In this document: positions 51,244 to 61,400 of the stretch, piece by piece | Position numbering within the stretch: the first letter of the stretch is position 1 | How the letters are laid out: every line of letters begins with the position of its first letter | From: an uncultured Chitinophaga sp. | GTDB taxonomy: Bacteria; Bacteroidota; Bacteroidia; UKL13-3 | Assembly (NCBI GenBank): GCA_964545895.1 | Contig: CAZJHS010000001.1 | Coordinates: 33,167-97,166 of the forward strand | Length of the DNA: 64,000 nucleotides | Direction of reading: 5' to 3' | The notes under the pieces: model-generated | What the model saw: only the letters and a program-made list of their open reading frames with translations | Told to the model about the DNA's origin: nothing | The model's database searches: none | Position numbers and translations under genes: made by a program

Positions 51244-52582
51244 TTAATAATTCAACTTTAACACGTTTAATTCTGCGCTTATCGGCCGCTTCAATCACAA
51301 ATTTAAAATCCTTGTAAATTATCTCGTCACCTTGTTTAGGCATCTCCTCTTCTAGCTCCAATAACATACCTCCAATGGTATCTGCTTCTTTACGTATATC
51401 TTCAAAAATATCAGTATCAATTTCCATAAACCTACACATATCGTTTATCAGCATTTTAGCTTCAAACACATAAGTAGTTTCGTTTAAGCGCGAGTAAACG
51501 GTTTCGTCCTCATCAAACTCATCATTAATCTCGCCAAAAATTTCTTCCAAAATATCCTCCATGGTAACAATACCTTGTGTACCTCCAAACTCATCAACCA
51601 CAAAAGCCAAATGCACGCGTTTACTCTGAAAATCTTTTAGCAAATCGTCAATCTTTTTACTCTCGGGTACAAAGTATGGCTTGCGCACTAAAGTTAACCA
51701 ATTAAAGTCATCCTCTTTGTGCATGTGTGGCAGCAAATCTTTAATGTAAAGAATACCATTTATGTTATCCAAGTTTTCTGAATAAACGGGTACGCGTGAG
51801 TAGCCCCAATCGCTAATTTTTAATAATAACTGCTTAAATGGCAAATCAGATTTGATGGCTGATATATCAGGACGTTGACGCATAATTTGCTTCACGTTAA
51901 TATTCCCAAAGTTTACAATAGATTTAAGAATAATTTTTTCCTCTTTTGGGGTATCAGCTTCGTTAGTTATATCAATGGCATGTGTTAACTCATCAACCGA
52001 TAATACGTGGCCTTTTTTAGTTACACGTTTATCAATTATTGATGTTGATTTTACCAATACATACACAAAAGGTTTAAGCAATTTATTTAGTGTATACATA
52101 GGAAACGCTACAAAGCGCGCCACCTTAACATTATTTTGCGATGCATATATTTTGGGCATTACCTCGCCAAAAAGCACCAATAAAAAGGTAACTAAAACTA
52201 CCTCAATTAAAAAACCAACAAATGGAGCTTCGCTAAAATTAAATAAAATATCAACTGCTACGGTTGATACCATAACAATAGCAATATTTACAAAGGTGTT
52301 TGATATGAGAATTGTGGCTAATAAATGCTTGGGATGCGACAGCAAATAGCTAATGTATTGGGCCGTTCTTGATTCATCGCTATCCGTTAGTTCATCTATT
52401 TGCAATTTAGATAAACTAAAAAATGCATTTTCTGAACTAGATATAATTGCTGAACTAATAATAAATAATACAATTACACCCAAACAGATAAATACGGTTA
52501 CCCACTCAGCTGGGGCTAAAGCGGTGTTAAACACGGCTAACATTAAATTGACCGGAGGCTCTGATGCTAAACTACTTTCCAA
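51221..52582 (-). CDS. gldE: GldE (DUF21/CNNM transmembrane domain + tandem CBS + CorC_HlyC transporter-associated domain)
   Basis: N-terminal four-TM DUF21 domain, a CBS pair, and a C-terminal CorC/HlyC domain (…EDIRKEADTIGGMLLELEEEMPKQGDEI…). Lies between ssb and gldD. Confidence 0.6.
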   Translation of the reverse strand: MESSLASEPPVNLMLAVFNTALAPAEWVTVFICLGVIVLFIISSAIISSSENAFFSLSKLQIDELTDSDESRTAQYISYLLSHPKHLLATILISNTFVNIAIVMVSTVAVDILFNFSEAPFVGFLIEVVLVTFLLVLFGEVMPKIYASQNNVKVARFVAFPMYTLNKLLKPFVYVLVKSTSIIDKRVTKKGHVLSVDELTHAIDITNEADTPKEEKIILKSIVNFGNINVKQIMRQRPDISAIKSDLPFKQLLLKISDWGYSRVPVYSENLDNINGILYIKDLLPHMHKEDDFNWLTLVRKPYFVPESKKIDDLLKDFQSKRVHLAFVVDEFGGTQGIVTMEDILEEIFGEINDEFDEDETVYSRLNETTYVFEAKMLINDMCRFMEIDTDIFEDIRKEADTIGGMLLELEEEMPKQGDEIIYKDFKFVIEAADKRRIKRVKVELLNAESNTL

Positions 52583-52610
52583 AGTTTTATTTTTAAGTTA
52601 CAAATTGGTA

Positions 52611-53069
52611 TTAAAACGGTAAATCGTCAATACCATTGGCATTGTTTGCGGCAGTAGATGTAGCTTGTGGACCTTCTGTTTCTGCAGATGGTTGTCCATT
52701 TTGCACACCTTCTGTATTATTAGGGTTACTGCGCGAACCCAACAAAGTTAAATTATTCGCTCTAATTTTTATGCCACTGCGGTCAACTCCCTGTTGGTCA
52801 GTCCATTTTTCTGTTCTTATTTTACCTTCAATGTAAACAGTTGATCCTTTGTGCAAGTATTTATGGGCAATATCGGCCAAGTTATCCCAAAGCTCTACCC
52901 TATGCCATTCGGTATCAGTTCTGCGTTCACCAGTTCTGCTATCTGTATAGGTTTCGCTGGTTGCTACACTTATGGTTAAAACTCTACGGGTATTGTTTTG
53001 TCCTAATACACGAGGTTGCTCGGGGTCGCGACCTAAATTGCCAATTAAAATTACTTTGTTTACACTCAT
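52611..53069 (-). CDS. ssb: Single-stranded DNA-binding protein
   Basis: OB-fold N-terminus MSVNKVILIGNLGRDPE. Gly/Gln/Asn-rich linker. Acidic C-terminal tip DDLPF. Confidence 0.95.
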   Translation of the reverse strand: MSVNKVILIGNLGRDPEQPRVLGQNNTRRVLTISVATSETYTDSRTGERRTDTEWHRVELWDNLADIAHKYLHKGSTVYIEGKIRTEKWTDQQGVDRSGIKIRANNLTLLGSRSNPNNTEGVQNGQPSAETEGPQATSTAANNANGIDDLPF

Positions 53070-53108
53070 TGTTAAGTAGTTTGAATTTATTAAATAGAAT
53101 AGTTGTTG

Positions 53109-54164
53109 TTAAGGCAATATAGTATTTATGAAACGCTCCAACAAGCGTGGCACTGCAAAATCATGTAATTTAGTAACTGCCACCTTTAAAAAGCCTTGTT
53201 CTGCATTGGGTTTAATGTTTTTTCCACCAGCTATCCAAAATGTGGCATATATGGTTTGATGCGTTAGTTGGTGCTTGGTTTGAAATCCGATAGCAAGCTG
53301 AGTAGGCGTTGTATCAAACTTATTGGCTAACTCTGGATGAGCCAATAATTCATCAGCATAAAGCACAGGTTGGCTGGTTTCAATTAAAGGAAACTCGAAC
53401 AAATTATTCCAAATACCCTCGTTACTGCGTTGGCGTATGTAGGTGTTACCCAATTTGTCTTCCACAAAAATATAATTTAAAAACCTATCAATTGGCTTAC
53501 GCTTAGCCGATTTAACGGGATACTGATACACCTCGTTATTTTTATATGCCATGCACTGCAAACGCAACACACAAGTCTCACATTGGGCCTGTTTAGGTTT
53601 ACAAACTGTGGCACCAAGTTCCATGATAGCTTGGTTGTGCGTGGCTGCATCCTTCAAATACAGTACTTCATGGGCTAACTCGCTAAATATTTTTTTGCCT
53701 TGCGTACTATCAATTGGTGTATCAATAGCAAACACCCGCGAAAGCACACGGTATACATTGCCATCAACCACAGCAACAGGCTCATTAAAAGCAAAAGAGG
53801 CAATTGCAGCAGCTGTGTATGGACCTATTCCCTTCAGTTTTATTAATTCTGCATATGTATTGGGAAATTCGCCTTGTAGTTCTTGATGTATAATTCGCGC
53901 TGTTTTTAACATATTGGCTGCCCTATTATAATAACCTAAGCCTTGCCAAAGTTTCATTACCTCATCATCATTGGCTAAAGCCAAATCAACCACAGTAGGA
54001 TATTTATCAGTAAATTTTTGGTAGTAAGGTAAGCCTTGTTCCACACGTGTTTGCTGAAGAATAACCTCCGACAGCCAGATGTGATAGGGATTTTGTGTGT
54101 TACGCCACGGCAAATCCCGCTTATTTTTTTTGTACCAATTTATAATGGATGCTAGTGCTGTCAT
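53109..54164 (-). CDS. mutY: A/G-specific adenine DNA glycosylase
   Basis: HhH-GPD domain (LKGIGPYTAAAIASFAF). 4Fe-4S cluster loop CKPKQAQCETCVLRLQC. C-terminal NUDIX-like domain. Confidence 0.9.
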   Translation of the reverse strand: MTALASIINWYKKNKRDLPWRNTQNPYHIWLSEVILQQTRVEQGLPYYQKFTDKYPTVVDLALANDDEVMKLWQGLGYYNRAANMLKTARIIHQELQGEFPNTYAELIKLKGIGPYTAAAIASFAFNEPVAVVDGNVYRVLSRVFAIDTPIDSTQGKKIFSELAHEVLYLKDAATHNQAIMELGATVCKPKQAQCETCVLRLQCMAYKNNEVYQYPVKSAKRKPIDRFLNYIFVEDKLGNTYIRQRSNEGIWNNLFEFPLIETSQPVLYADELLAHPELANKFDTTPTQLAIGFQTKHQLTHQTIYATFWIAGGKNIKPNAEQGFLKVAVTKLHDFAVPRLLERFINTILP

Positions 54165-54320
54165 AAGTTTTTGCCCAAGCGAAAATAGTACTCTGATAAT
54201 TTTTTACATCTTTTAGTGCATTTTGTTTTGAAATTCATACATTTGCAACCCGCTTAAAATTAAGTAGGAACAACACAAACATTTGACTTTAAAGTTATTA
54301 ATAGTTAAAAACCGTAGAAA

Positions 54321-54641
54321 ATGACAAAAGCAGAAGTAATTGCAGAAATCGCAACAAAAACAGGAATTGAGAAAGCACAAGTTCAAGAAGCAGTTGAGTC
54401 TTTCTTTAAAGTAGTAAGAACCTCGATGACAGAAGGAAAAAATGTTTATTTCCGCGGTTTCGGTAGCTTCGTAATTAAAAAGAGAGCTAAGAAAATTGCT
54501 CGTAACATCAGCAAAAACACTGCAATGGTGATTGATGAGCATTTTATCCCAAGTTTTAAACCAGCTAAAACTTTTGTAGACAAAGTTAAAAAAAGCGAAA
54601 CGGTTAAAACTAAAGCAGCTAAATTAGCAGCTAAAGCTTAA
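54321..54641 (+). CDS. HU-family DNA-binding protein with a lysine/alanine-rich C-terminal extension
   Basis: MTKAEVIAEIATKTGI…FRGFGSF… is the HU/IHF fold. The tail KTKAAKLAAKA is typical of Bacteroidetes HU. Confidence 0.88.
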   Translation: MTKAEVIAEIATKTGIEKAQVQEAVESFFKVVRTSMTEGKNVYFRGFGSFVIKKRAKKIARNISKNTAMVIDEHFIPSFKPAKTFVDKVKKSETVKTKAAKLAAKA

Positions 54642-55459
54642 TGAAAATTACCAGCAAACAAATTTTACTTGTTTCTATTGCGGCAGCTGTTGTAATAACA
54701 CTGTTTGTAATGGGCTACAAAACTCCTTTTGCATCTAACAGTGCAAAAGGAGTTGCTGTAGTTAGCAAGCAATTTGATGCTGACGCATTTTTATCTGAAC
54801 AAAAAAGTAAACTAACTCCTGCACAACAAGAGTTGGTTAAAACACTTGAAAGTGATAAAAATAACAAAGAAAATTTAGTGAAGTTAGCCAACCTTTGGGA
54901 TTCGTTAAATGTTACGTATGGTGGTGCTTATTATACTTATAAGCTTGCCGAACTTGAACAAAACGAAATAACTTGGTTTGCTGCCGGAAGTAAATTTTAC
55001 AACGTTGCCAACTTTAGTAGTGATAGCCTTATGGGTACCACTGCTATTCAAAAAGCAAAAGAAGCTTACACCAAAGTAATTGAGTTAAATCCTAAAAACC
55101 TTCAAGCTAAAAATGCCTTGGCGGTTTGTATTATACAAGGAGATAATGACGTGATGAAAGGCGTAGGCATGCTAAAAGAAGTAGTAGCAACGGATTCGAA
55201 CAATGTTCAAGCTATTTTCACCCTTGGAATGCTCTCTATTCAGAGCAACCAATTTGATAAAGCACAAGAGCGTTTCGAAAAATTAATAAAAATAGAGCCA
55301 TTTAATGCCGAATATTACTTTTATTTGGCGGAAGTTTATGCAAAAGGTGGAAATACCCAAAAGGCAATTAAAACCTACGAAACTTGCAAAACCCTCGTTA
55401 AAGACAAAGAGGCTAAAAAGGAAATAGAAACAATTATTAACAAACTAAATAAGCTGTAA
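54641..55459 (+). CDS. Tetratricopeptide-repeat protein
   Basis: Signal peptide or TM anchor. Several TPR-like helical repeats (AEYYFYLAEVYAKGGNTQKAIKTYE). The start overlaps the HU stop by 1 nt (TAATG). Confidence 0.6.
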   Translation: MKITSKQILLVSIAAAVVITLFVMGYKTPFASNSAKGVAVVSKQFDADAFLSEQKSKLTPAQQELVKTLESDKNNKENLVKLANLWDSLNVTYGGAYYTYKLAELEQNEITWFAAGSKFYNVANFSSDSLMGTTAIQKAKEAYTKVIELNPKNLQAKNALAVCIIQGDNDVMKGVGMLKEVVATDSNNVQAIFTLGMLSIQSNQFDKAQERFEKLIKIEPFNAEYYFYLAEVYAKGGNTQKAIKTYETCKTLVKDKEAKKEIETIINKLNKL

Positions 55460-55461
55460 TT

Positions 55462-55551
55462 ATGCCAAGCGGAAAAAAAAGAAAAAGACATAAGATCGCT
55501 ACGCACAAACGTAAAAAGAGACTTCGTAAAAACAGACATAAGAAAAAGTAA
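55462..55551 (+). CDS. Tiny, extremely basic protein MPSGKKRKRHKIATHKRKKRLRKNRHKKK (29 aa), a candidate ribosomal protein bS22 (AURKAIP1/COX24-family). Absent from the ORF track.
   Basis: ATG 3 nt after the TPR stop. 29 codons, 20 of them K/R/H. It resembles the small basic proteins annotated as AURKAIP1/COX24-domain or bS22 in Bacteroidetes and Actinobacteria. Family assignment is from memory. Confidence 0.55.
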   Translation: MPSGKKRKRHKIATHKRKKRLRKNRHKKK

Positions 55552-55661
55552 TTTTTCTTAATGCTGCTATACATATCTTTTTTGAGTTAGAAAAGATCTT
55601 ACAAAGTAAACCGTTCACCATTGGGCGGTTTGCTGTTTTTTAAAACACACGTGTTGATATT

Positions 55662-57221
55662 GTGAACTACGAACTGGTAATTAATAGTCATCAGAACGGT
55701 GGGGTTGATATTGCTTTACTTAAAGACAAAAAGCTGATTGAACTGCACCATGAAAAAGCTGACAGCAATTTTGCGGTAGGAGATGTATACTTAGGTACAG
55801 TTAATAAACTGATGCCTGGGCTTAATGCTGCATTTATTGATGTTGGCCATGAGAAAGATGCCTTTTTACATTATTTAGATTTAGGTCCGCAAGTAAAATC
55901 GCAACTTAAGCACATTAAGTTACTGCGAAGTAATCCACACACCAGTGCATGGCCTGCACTAAACCAAAATGAACCCGACATTGAAAAAACGGGAAAAATC
56001 AATCAGGTGCTTCAACGCTTGCAACAAGTTGTTGTGCAAGTTACCAAAGAGCCCATCTCAAACAAAGGCCCACGTTTAACATCACAGCTTTCTTTAGCTG
56101 GCAGGTACGTGGTATTGATGCCTTTTGATCAGGTAGTATCTGTTTCCAAAAAAATTGTAAAAACCGAAGAGCGTATCAGACTTAAAAAACTGGTGCAAAG
56201 TATTAAGCCCGAAAACTTTGGTGTTATTGTGCGCACTGTTGCCGAAAACCAAAGTGTTGAAGAGCTTGAAAACGACTTAAAGGATTTACTAAAACGTTGG
56301 GAGCATCTGTGTACTCAACTAAAAACTGCCGTTCCTGGTCAGAAAATTTTGGGTGAAAGCGAGCGTACGCTTACGCTAGTGCGCGATTTGTTAAACGATG
56401 ATTTTACTGGAATTTACGTTAACGACAATTATTTACTAAATGCCATTAAAGGCTATGTAGCCAAAAAAGCTCCCGAGTTGGAGAAAATTGTGAAACTACA
56501 TACTGGCAAACAAACAATTTTTGATTTTTACGGAGTTGATAAACAAATTCGTAGTGCGTTTGGTAAAGAAGTAAACTTTATGGGTGGCTCTTATTTAATT
56601 ATAGAACACACCGAAGCTCTTCATGTAATTGATGTAAACAGTGGAAGCATTGCTGGCAAAGAAATTAACCAAGACGAAAATGCACTTAAAGTAAACCTAG
56701 AGGCTGCTGCTGAAATTGCACGCCAATTGCGTTTGCGCGATATGGGTGGCATTATTGTGGTTGATTTTATTGATCAAAAAACTGCTGGAAACAAGCGTTT
56801 GGTTTACGAACGTTTGAAAGATGAAATGAAAGCTGACAGGGCCAAGCACAAAATTTTACCTATGAGTCCGTTTGGCTTGGTACAAATTACGCGTCAGCGT
56901 GTGCGCCCCGAAATGAATGTGGTAAATACCGAAAAATGCCCTACTTGCGATGGCACAGGCGAAATTACCAATAGCATTGTAGTGGTTGATGAAATTGAAA
57001 ATAAGCTGAAGTATTTTGTAGAGAACATGAACATGAAAGGTAGCATTACCATCGAAGTTCATCCTTACATTTATGCTTATTTTACCAAAGGTTTCTTCAA
57101 CTCTATTCGTTTTAAATGGTTATTTAAATACAAACGTTGGATTAAAGTTAATCCGGTAAACTCGTTACACTTTGGCCAATACCGCTTTTTAAATGCGCAG
57201 GCCGAAGAAATCTCTATCTAA
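55662..57221 (+). CDS. Rne/Rng-family ribonuclease (RNase G/E catalytic domain), GTG start
   Basis: S1 domain. DNase-I-like catalytic motifs (…ALHVIDVNSG…; DMGGIIVVDFID). Zn-link CPTCDGTG. Confidence 0.88.
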   Translation: MNYELVINSHQNGGVDIALLKDKKLIELHHEKADSNFAVGDVYLGTVNKLMPGLNAAFIDVGHEKDAFLHYLDLGPQVKSQLKHIKLLRSNPHTSAWPALNQNEPDIEKTGKINQVLQRLQQVVVQVTKEPISNKGPRLTSQLSLAGRYVVLMPFDQVVSVSKKIVKTEERIRLKKLVQSIKPENFGVIVRTVAENQSVEELENDLKDLLKRWEHLCTQLKTAVPGQKILGESERTLTLVRDLLNDDFTGIYVNDNYLLNAIKGYVAKKAPELEKIVKLHTGKQTIFDFYGVDKQIRSAFGKEVNFMGGSYLIIEHTEALHVIDVNSGSIAGKEINQDENALKVNLEAAAEIARQLRLRDMGGIIVVDFIDQKTAGNKRLVYERLKDEMKADRAKHKILPMSPFGLVQITRQRVRPEMNVVNTEKCPTCDGTGEITNSIVVVDEIENKLKYFVENMNMKGSITIEVHPYIYAYFTKGFFNSIRFKWLFKYKRWIKVNPVNSLHFGQYRFLNAQAEEISI

Positions 57222-57310
57222 TTCTGTTATCTTTTATTGGAAAAAATAAGGTTGTGCTTTGTGCGCAGGCCCAATTTTTGTACTAAAGCGTACCGCAAAG
57301 GCAAAAAAAT

Positions 57311-57352
57311 AAGCCGGCACTGGTAATCAGTATCAATGCCGGCTTGTGATTT
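57311..57352 (+). terminator. Terminator-like hairpin after the RNase gene
   Basis: aagccggcactggtaatcagtatcaatgccggctt followed by gtgatttt. Confidence 0.5.
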
Positions 57353-57538
57353 TATATCAATGAAAAAAGTATTGTACGTGTATAATAATAAAAACAGTGC
57401 CAACTTTAAATATCACCCAATATATTTTATAACGCACTAATTTACAGTATATTTAATTACACTAGTTTAGCACATACATAGCAAGTGCATATTTTTAAAT
57501 ACACTTGTAGTACATTTTTAGACACCCATTTTGTACAC

Positions 57539-57865
57539 ATGACTATACAAGAAGCACAAAACACCGTTGACCAATGGATTAAAACCACAGGCGTTCGTTA
57601 TTTTAACGAGTTAACCAATACTGCCATGCTAATGGAAGAAGTGGGCGAAGTGGCCCGCATTATGGCCCGACAATATGGTGAACAAAGTTTTAAAGCCAGC
57701 GATAAAGAAGTAAACTTAGCTGATGAAATGGCCGATGTACTTTTTGTATTGATTTGCTTGGCTAACCAAACAGGCATTAACTTAACCGAAGCGCTAGAAA
57801 AAAACCTAGACAAAAAAACCAAACGCGATGCTACCCGCCACAAGGAAAATGATAAGTTGAAATAA
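57539..57865 (+). CDS. MazG-like nucleotide pyrophosphohydrolase (all-alpha NTP-PPase)
   Basis: EVGEVARIMAR…ADEMADVLFVLICLAN is the MazG EExxE/D motif region. The start is taken at the internal Met (MTIQEAQ…). Confidence 0.75.
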   Translation: MTIQEAQNTVDQWIKTTGVRYFNELTNTAMLMEEVGEVARIMARQYGEQSFKASDKEVNLADEMADVLFVLICLANQTGINLTEALEKNLDKKTKRDATRHKENDKLK

Positions 57866-57922
57866 AGAGCTAAAAGATTTAGACACCTGTCATGGGTAAC
57901 ATCAAGTAAAAAGGTAATTCAA

Positions 57923-58444
57923 TTATTCAAAATATTGTTTCATTACTGGTAAGAGGTGTGCTTCAAAGTTGTTTATAATTTCTTTCTGTATCCTTTTTCT
58001 ATCTTTAGGCTGCATTGCACACAATTCATATTGGCTAATCAATTTGATTGTTGAACCCATCCGAATATAAACCTGCTTTATGGCAAAACCACCATCATAC
58101 AATCCAATTTTGTAAACGGTTTGCTTGTCTCGTAAAATCAAATACCAATAGTGTAAGCATACACAAGGCTTATTCTCTAGGCAAATAGGAGAATCTATTT
58201 CTTCATAAACAAAAATGACTTGTTGATTATTCAAATATTCGGAAATTTCATTAGTAGTTAATTTAAATTCTGCGTGTTCCTTACCAAACTTTGTCATTGC
58301 CTGATAATATTTTGAAGAATCACTCCAATTCTGTTGAGGAAAATACCCTTTTGAAGAAACAGTACTATGCCCCCAACCGAACGAACAAGCACAACCTTGT
58401 AAAAATATCATCAGGCAAAGTCCATATAAAATTCGCATTAGCAT
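57923..58444 (-). CDS. Hypothetical lipoprotein immediately downstream of the RHS toxin gene; candidate cognate immunity protein
   Basis: Signal peptide plus lipobox (MLMRILYGLCLMIFLQGCA). The start is taken at Met17 of the 189-aa ORF so it does not overlap the RHS stop (58455). No recognisable family. Confidence 0.45.
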   Translation of the reverse strand: MLMRILYGLCLMIFLQGCACSFGWGHSTVSSKGYFPQQNWSDSSKYYQAMTKFGKEHAEFKLTTNEISEYLNNQQVIFVYEEIDSPICLENKPCVCLHYWYLILRDKQTVYKIGLYDGGFAIKQVYIRMGSTIKLISQYELCAMQPKDRKRIQKEIINNFEAHLLPVMKQYFE

Positions 58445-58454
58445 ATTTATTAAA

Positions 58455-61400
58455 CTAATGTATTGACCAACCATAAAGAGTTTTTTGAGCATTAATTACT
58501 CCTATCAGACTACCAGTAAGCAATTCGAATGGACTGTTATGTTTCAACCCTAAATATAAAGTTCTACTCATAAGTCTAAGATCTGCACCCATAGTCTTAT
58601 AGGATCCTAATAAATATTTGGCACCCACACTAATCCCTTTACCTAGATATTCTGCATCATGTAAATATCCAGCATATTCTTTCCAACTCCATCCGTCAAC
58701 CATACCCATATAATCATCCCATCCAGCACCGCCTCGTAGATTTGGATTCCACCAGCGTGGATTTTTCCCTAAATAACTCGGATAACTCCGATTTACATTA
58801 CCCTTTATCGAGGCATTATCAACTTTAGCATTTGGGTTTTTAGAGGTCCATTTATCCATATATGCTTTACATTTAGCGGCTAATTTATCTTCCCAATGTG
58901 TGAATTTATCAACTACGTTCGCAATGTCACCCAAATTTCCTAAAGCCCCTAATGTATATCCAAAGTTTTCTAGTCCACTGTTTTTACTCCAATTCCAAAT
59001 ACCATTCCACCCACTTGTACTACTATAGCTGGCCATACCCAAACTAAAGTTAACACCAGTTTGCCCACCAGTATATATATTAGTTCCTACACTATTAACA
59101 AAAGAACCTGCAAAAATAGCAGCAGTGTTTGCACCTAACATACCTGAAGTTGCAACAGTACTTGCGGCAGCAACACTTGTTGCTCCCACAGCAGCTCCTG
59201 CTCCCATATAACCCCATGTTTTACCACTACTATAGTCCCATTGAAATGGATTAGCAGTACCATTTGCCATTGCACCTCCTTGCCATGCTCCAATATCAGC
59301 ACCGATTGCACTTGGCAACAATGCTAATGAAGCTCCAGCGGTAAATGGAGCTGCTATTAAAACAGCTGCTGTAAAAATAAAATCGCCACTAGGGTCAGTA
59401 TATTTAAGTGGGTTATTCCAGCAATAGCTATATCTATTAAAACTTTGGGTATTATCAGGAGCTTGTATATAATTATCGGGGCTAAGTATACGGCCCATAA
59501 CGGGGTCGTAAATACGGCCATTCATGTTTATTAAACTAAACTCTACTAAATGCTCGTGAAAAGTATAACCTCTATCGGTAATATTTACAGCCGAAAATGG
59601 ATTTAATTGGTAATCCCAGGTAATAGGATCGCGCGGGCGGCCCCAAGCATCGTAGCTTCTGGTTTCAATTATAGTACCTGCTTGGTTGGTTATGGCCATT
59701 ATGCTCCCTTGGTAATCATTGTGTAAATATACAATTTCTTGTCCTTCGGCAGTTTTTTTATGTATGGCAAATGCCTCTCCCTCTGCATATAAGTAGGTTA
59801 GCTCTACTCCTGCCTTAATTTCCATACTCGCACTATTAATGTAACGCTTGGTGTAGGTGGTTAATCCGTTCTCCTTTTTTACCGCACAAATTCTTTCATC
59901 ATCAAGGCCGTAATGCAACTTATATTCTAAATTGGCTTGTACAATTAATGCCAATTTACCTATACTATTATAGGTGTAATTGTGGTCGTCTAAGCTACCT
60001 TGTGGCACTCTGTAAGGGCTTATAGTTTCATCAAACGTGTGTTTTGTTACAGCATTTAATTTATTGTTGTGATAAGTAAACTCTTGTAAGCCACCATTGC
60101 TGTTTGAGGTGATGTTACCGTTGTTTGCATATCCATAAGACTTTGAATCGAAAACTACAGCTGGGTTGCCAAGGTGTGAGCTTGTTACTTCTGTCAAGCG
60201 ATCAAGGTTATCATAATTAAATGTTTCATGATTATTAACATCAGGAAAAAATCTAGTATTTAAATTCCCTGTTAAATATTCGAAATCGTATTGCACATTA
60301 AGCGCTTTAGTAGTCGTTCCTTTTATTGATTCAATTGAAGTTAATAATTCATCATCATTATAACTTGTAGTGGTTTCAAAACCGTTGCCATACGTAAATT
60401 GGTTGGTTACTCCAGCTGCTGTGGTACTGTTTTTTTCCCAAAGTAAGTTATTATCCCCATCGGTAATTGCGATTACATCAGTGCCGAACCCGTATGAATA
60501 AGACAATGCAATGTTGGGATAACTAACGCTTTGCAATCTTAAGTTTGCATCATACAAATAACCAGTGTTATAGTTGATACTATTCCCCACAACCTCACTC
60601 ACACTTTTTAACGCCCCATGAGTGGTGTAGTATTCGTACTCCTTTTTATGTGTAATTGTACCATCTACTTTTAGTTCTTCGTAGTTTAATTTGCCATTTG
60701 CTGCCGTTCCATTACTATTTATATAATTGTAATTATACTCCTTAGCCATGCCAAATTTCTTTATCACTCGGCCTAAGTCATCGTAATGAAAATTAAACTC
60801 ATTACCATTAGCATCCTTTTGGGCTAATAACTCGCCAAAGGCATTATAGTCATAAAGTGTCTCACCAAAATTAGGGTCGTTTAACTTAATCTTGTTTAAC
60901 TGATCGTTGTAATTTATGGTAATAACTGAGCCGTTTGAGGCGGTTTCAATTGGCTTTAAATGTGCTCCATATTTATACGTAATTGTACCTCCATTATCAG
61001 TTACCTGCACCACATTCCCCATGGCATCAAGTGTGGTTTGCTTTTGTTTATTTAAACCGTAATTCTCTGTTTTAACTAAACCATTGTATGCTACTCGATA
61101 GGTCTCTATGCTGTTTTGATATTTGGTTTTTATTAGCCTATTGTAATCATCATATTGATGCCAATTCCATTTAACTCCAGATGGTTGTTGGGCATCATAA
61201 ACATTAGACTCTTTTATTAATCGTCCATCAGCATCATAAACCCATTCTTGTAGGTGTATTTTACCGCCAAATCCTTTTGTTTCTTGCTTTATTTTTAGTC
61301 CTCTTGCATCTAAATAAGTAACAGCTTCCTCACCTAAGTTGGTTTGAGAGGTAACCTTACTATGAGTACCCGTTGGTGTATTGTTAGTTAAAACATTTGT

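Noticed and set aside
54238-54245. TAcaTTTG -7-like motif upstream of the HU gene
   Set aside because: It matches the -7 consensus, but the only upstream TTG lies 12 nt away, too close. Not reported as a promoter.
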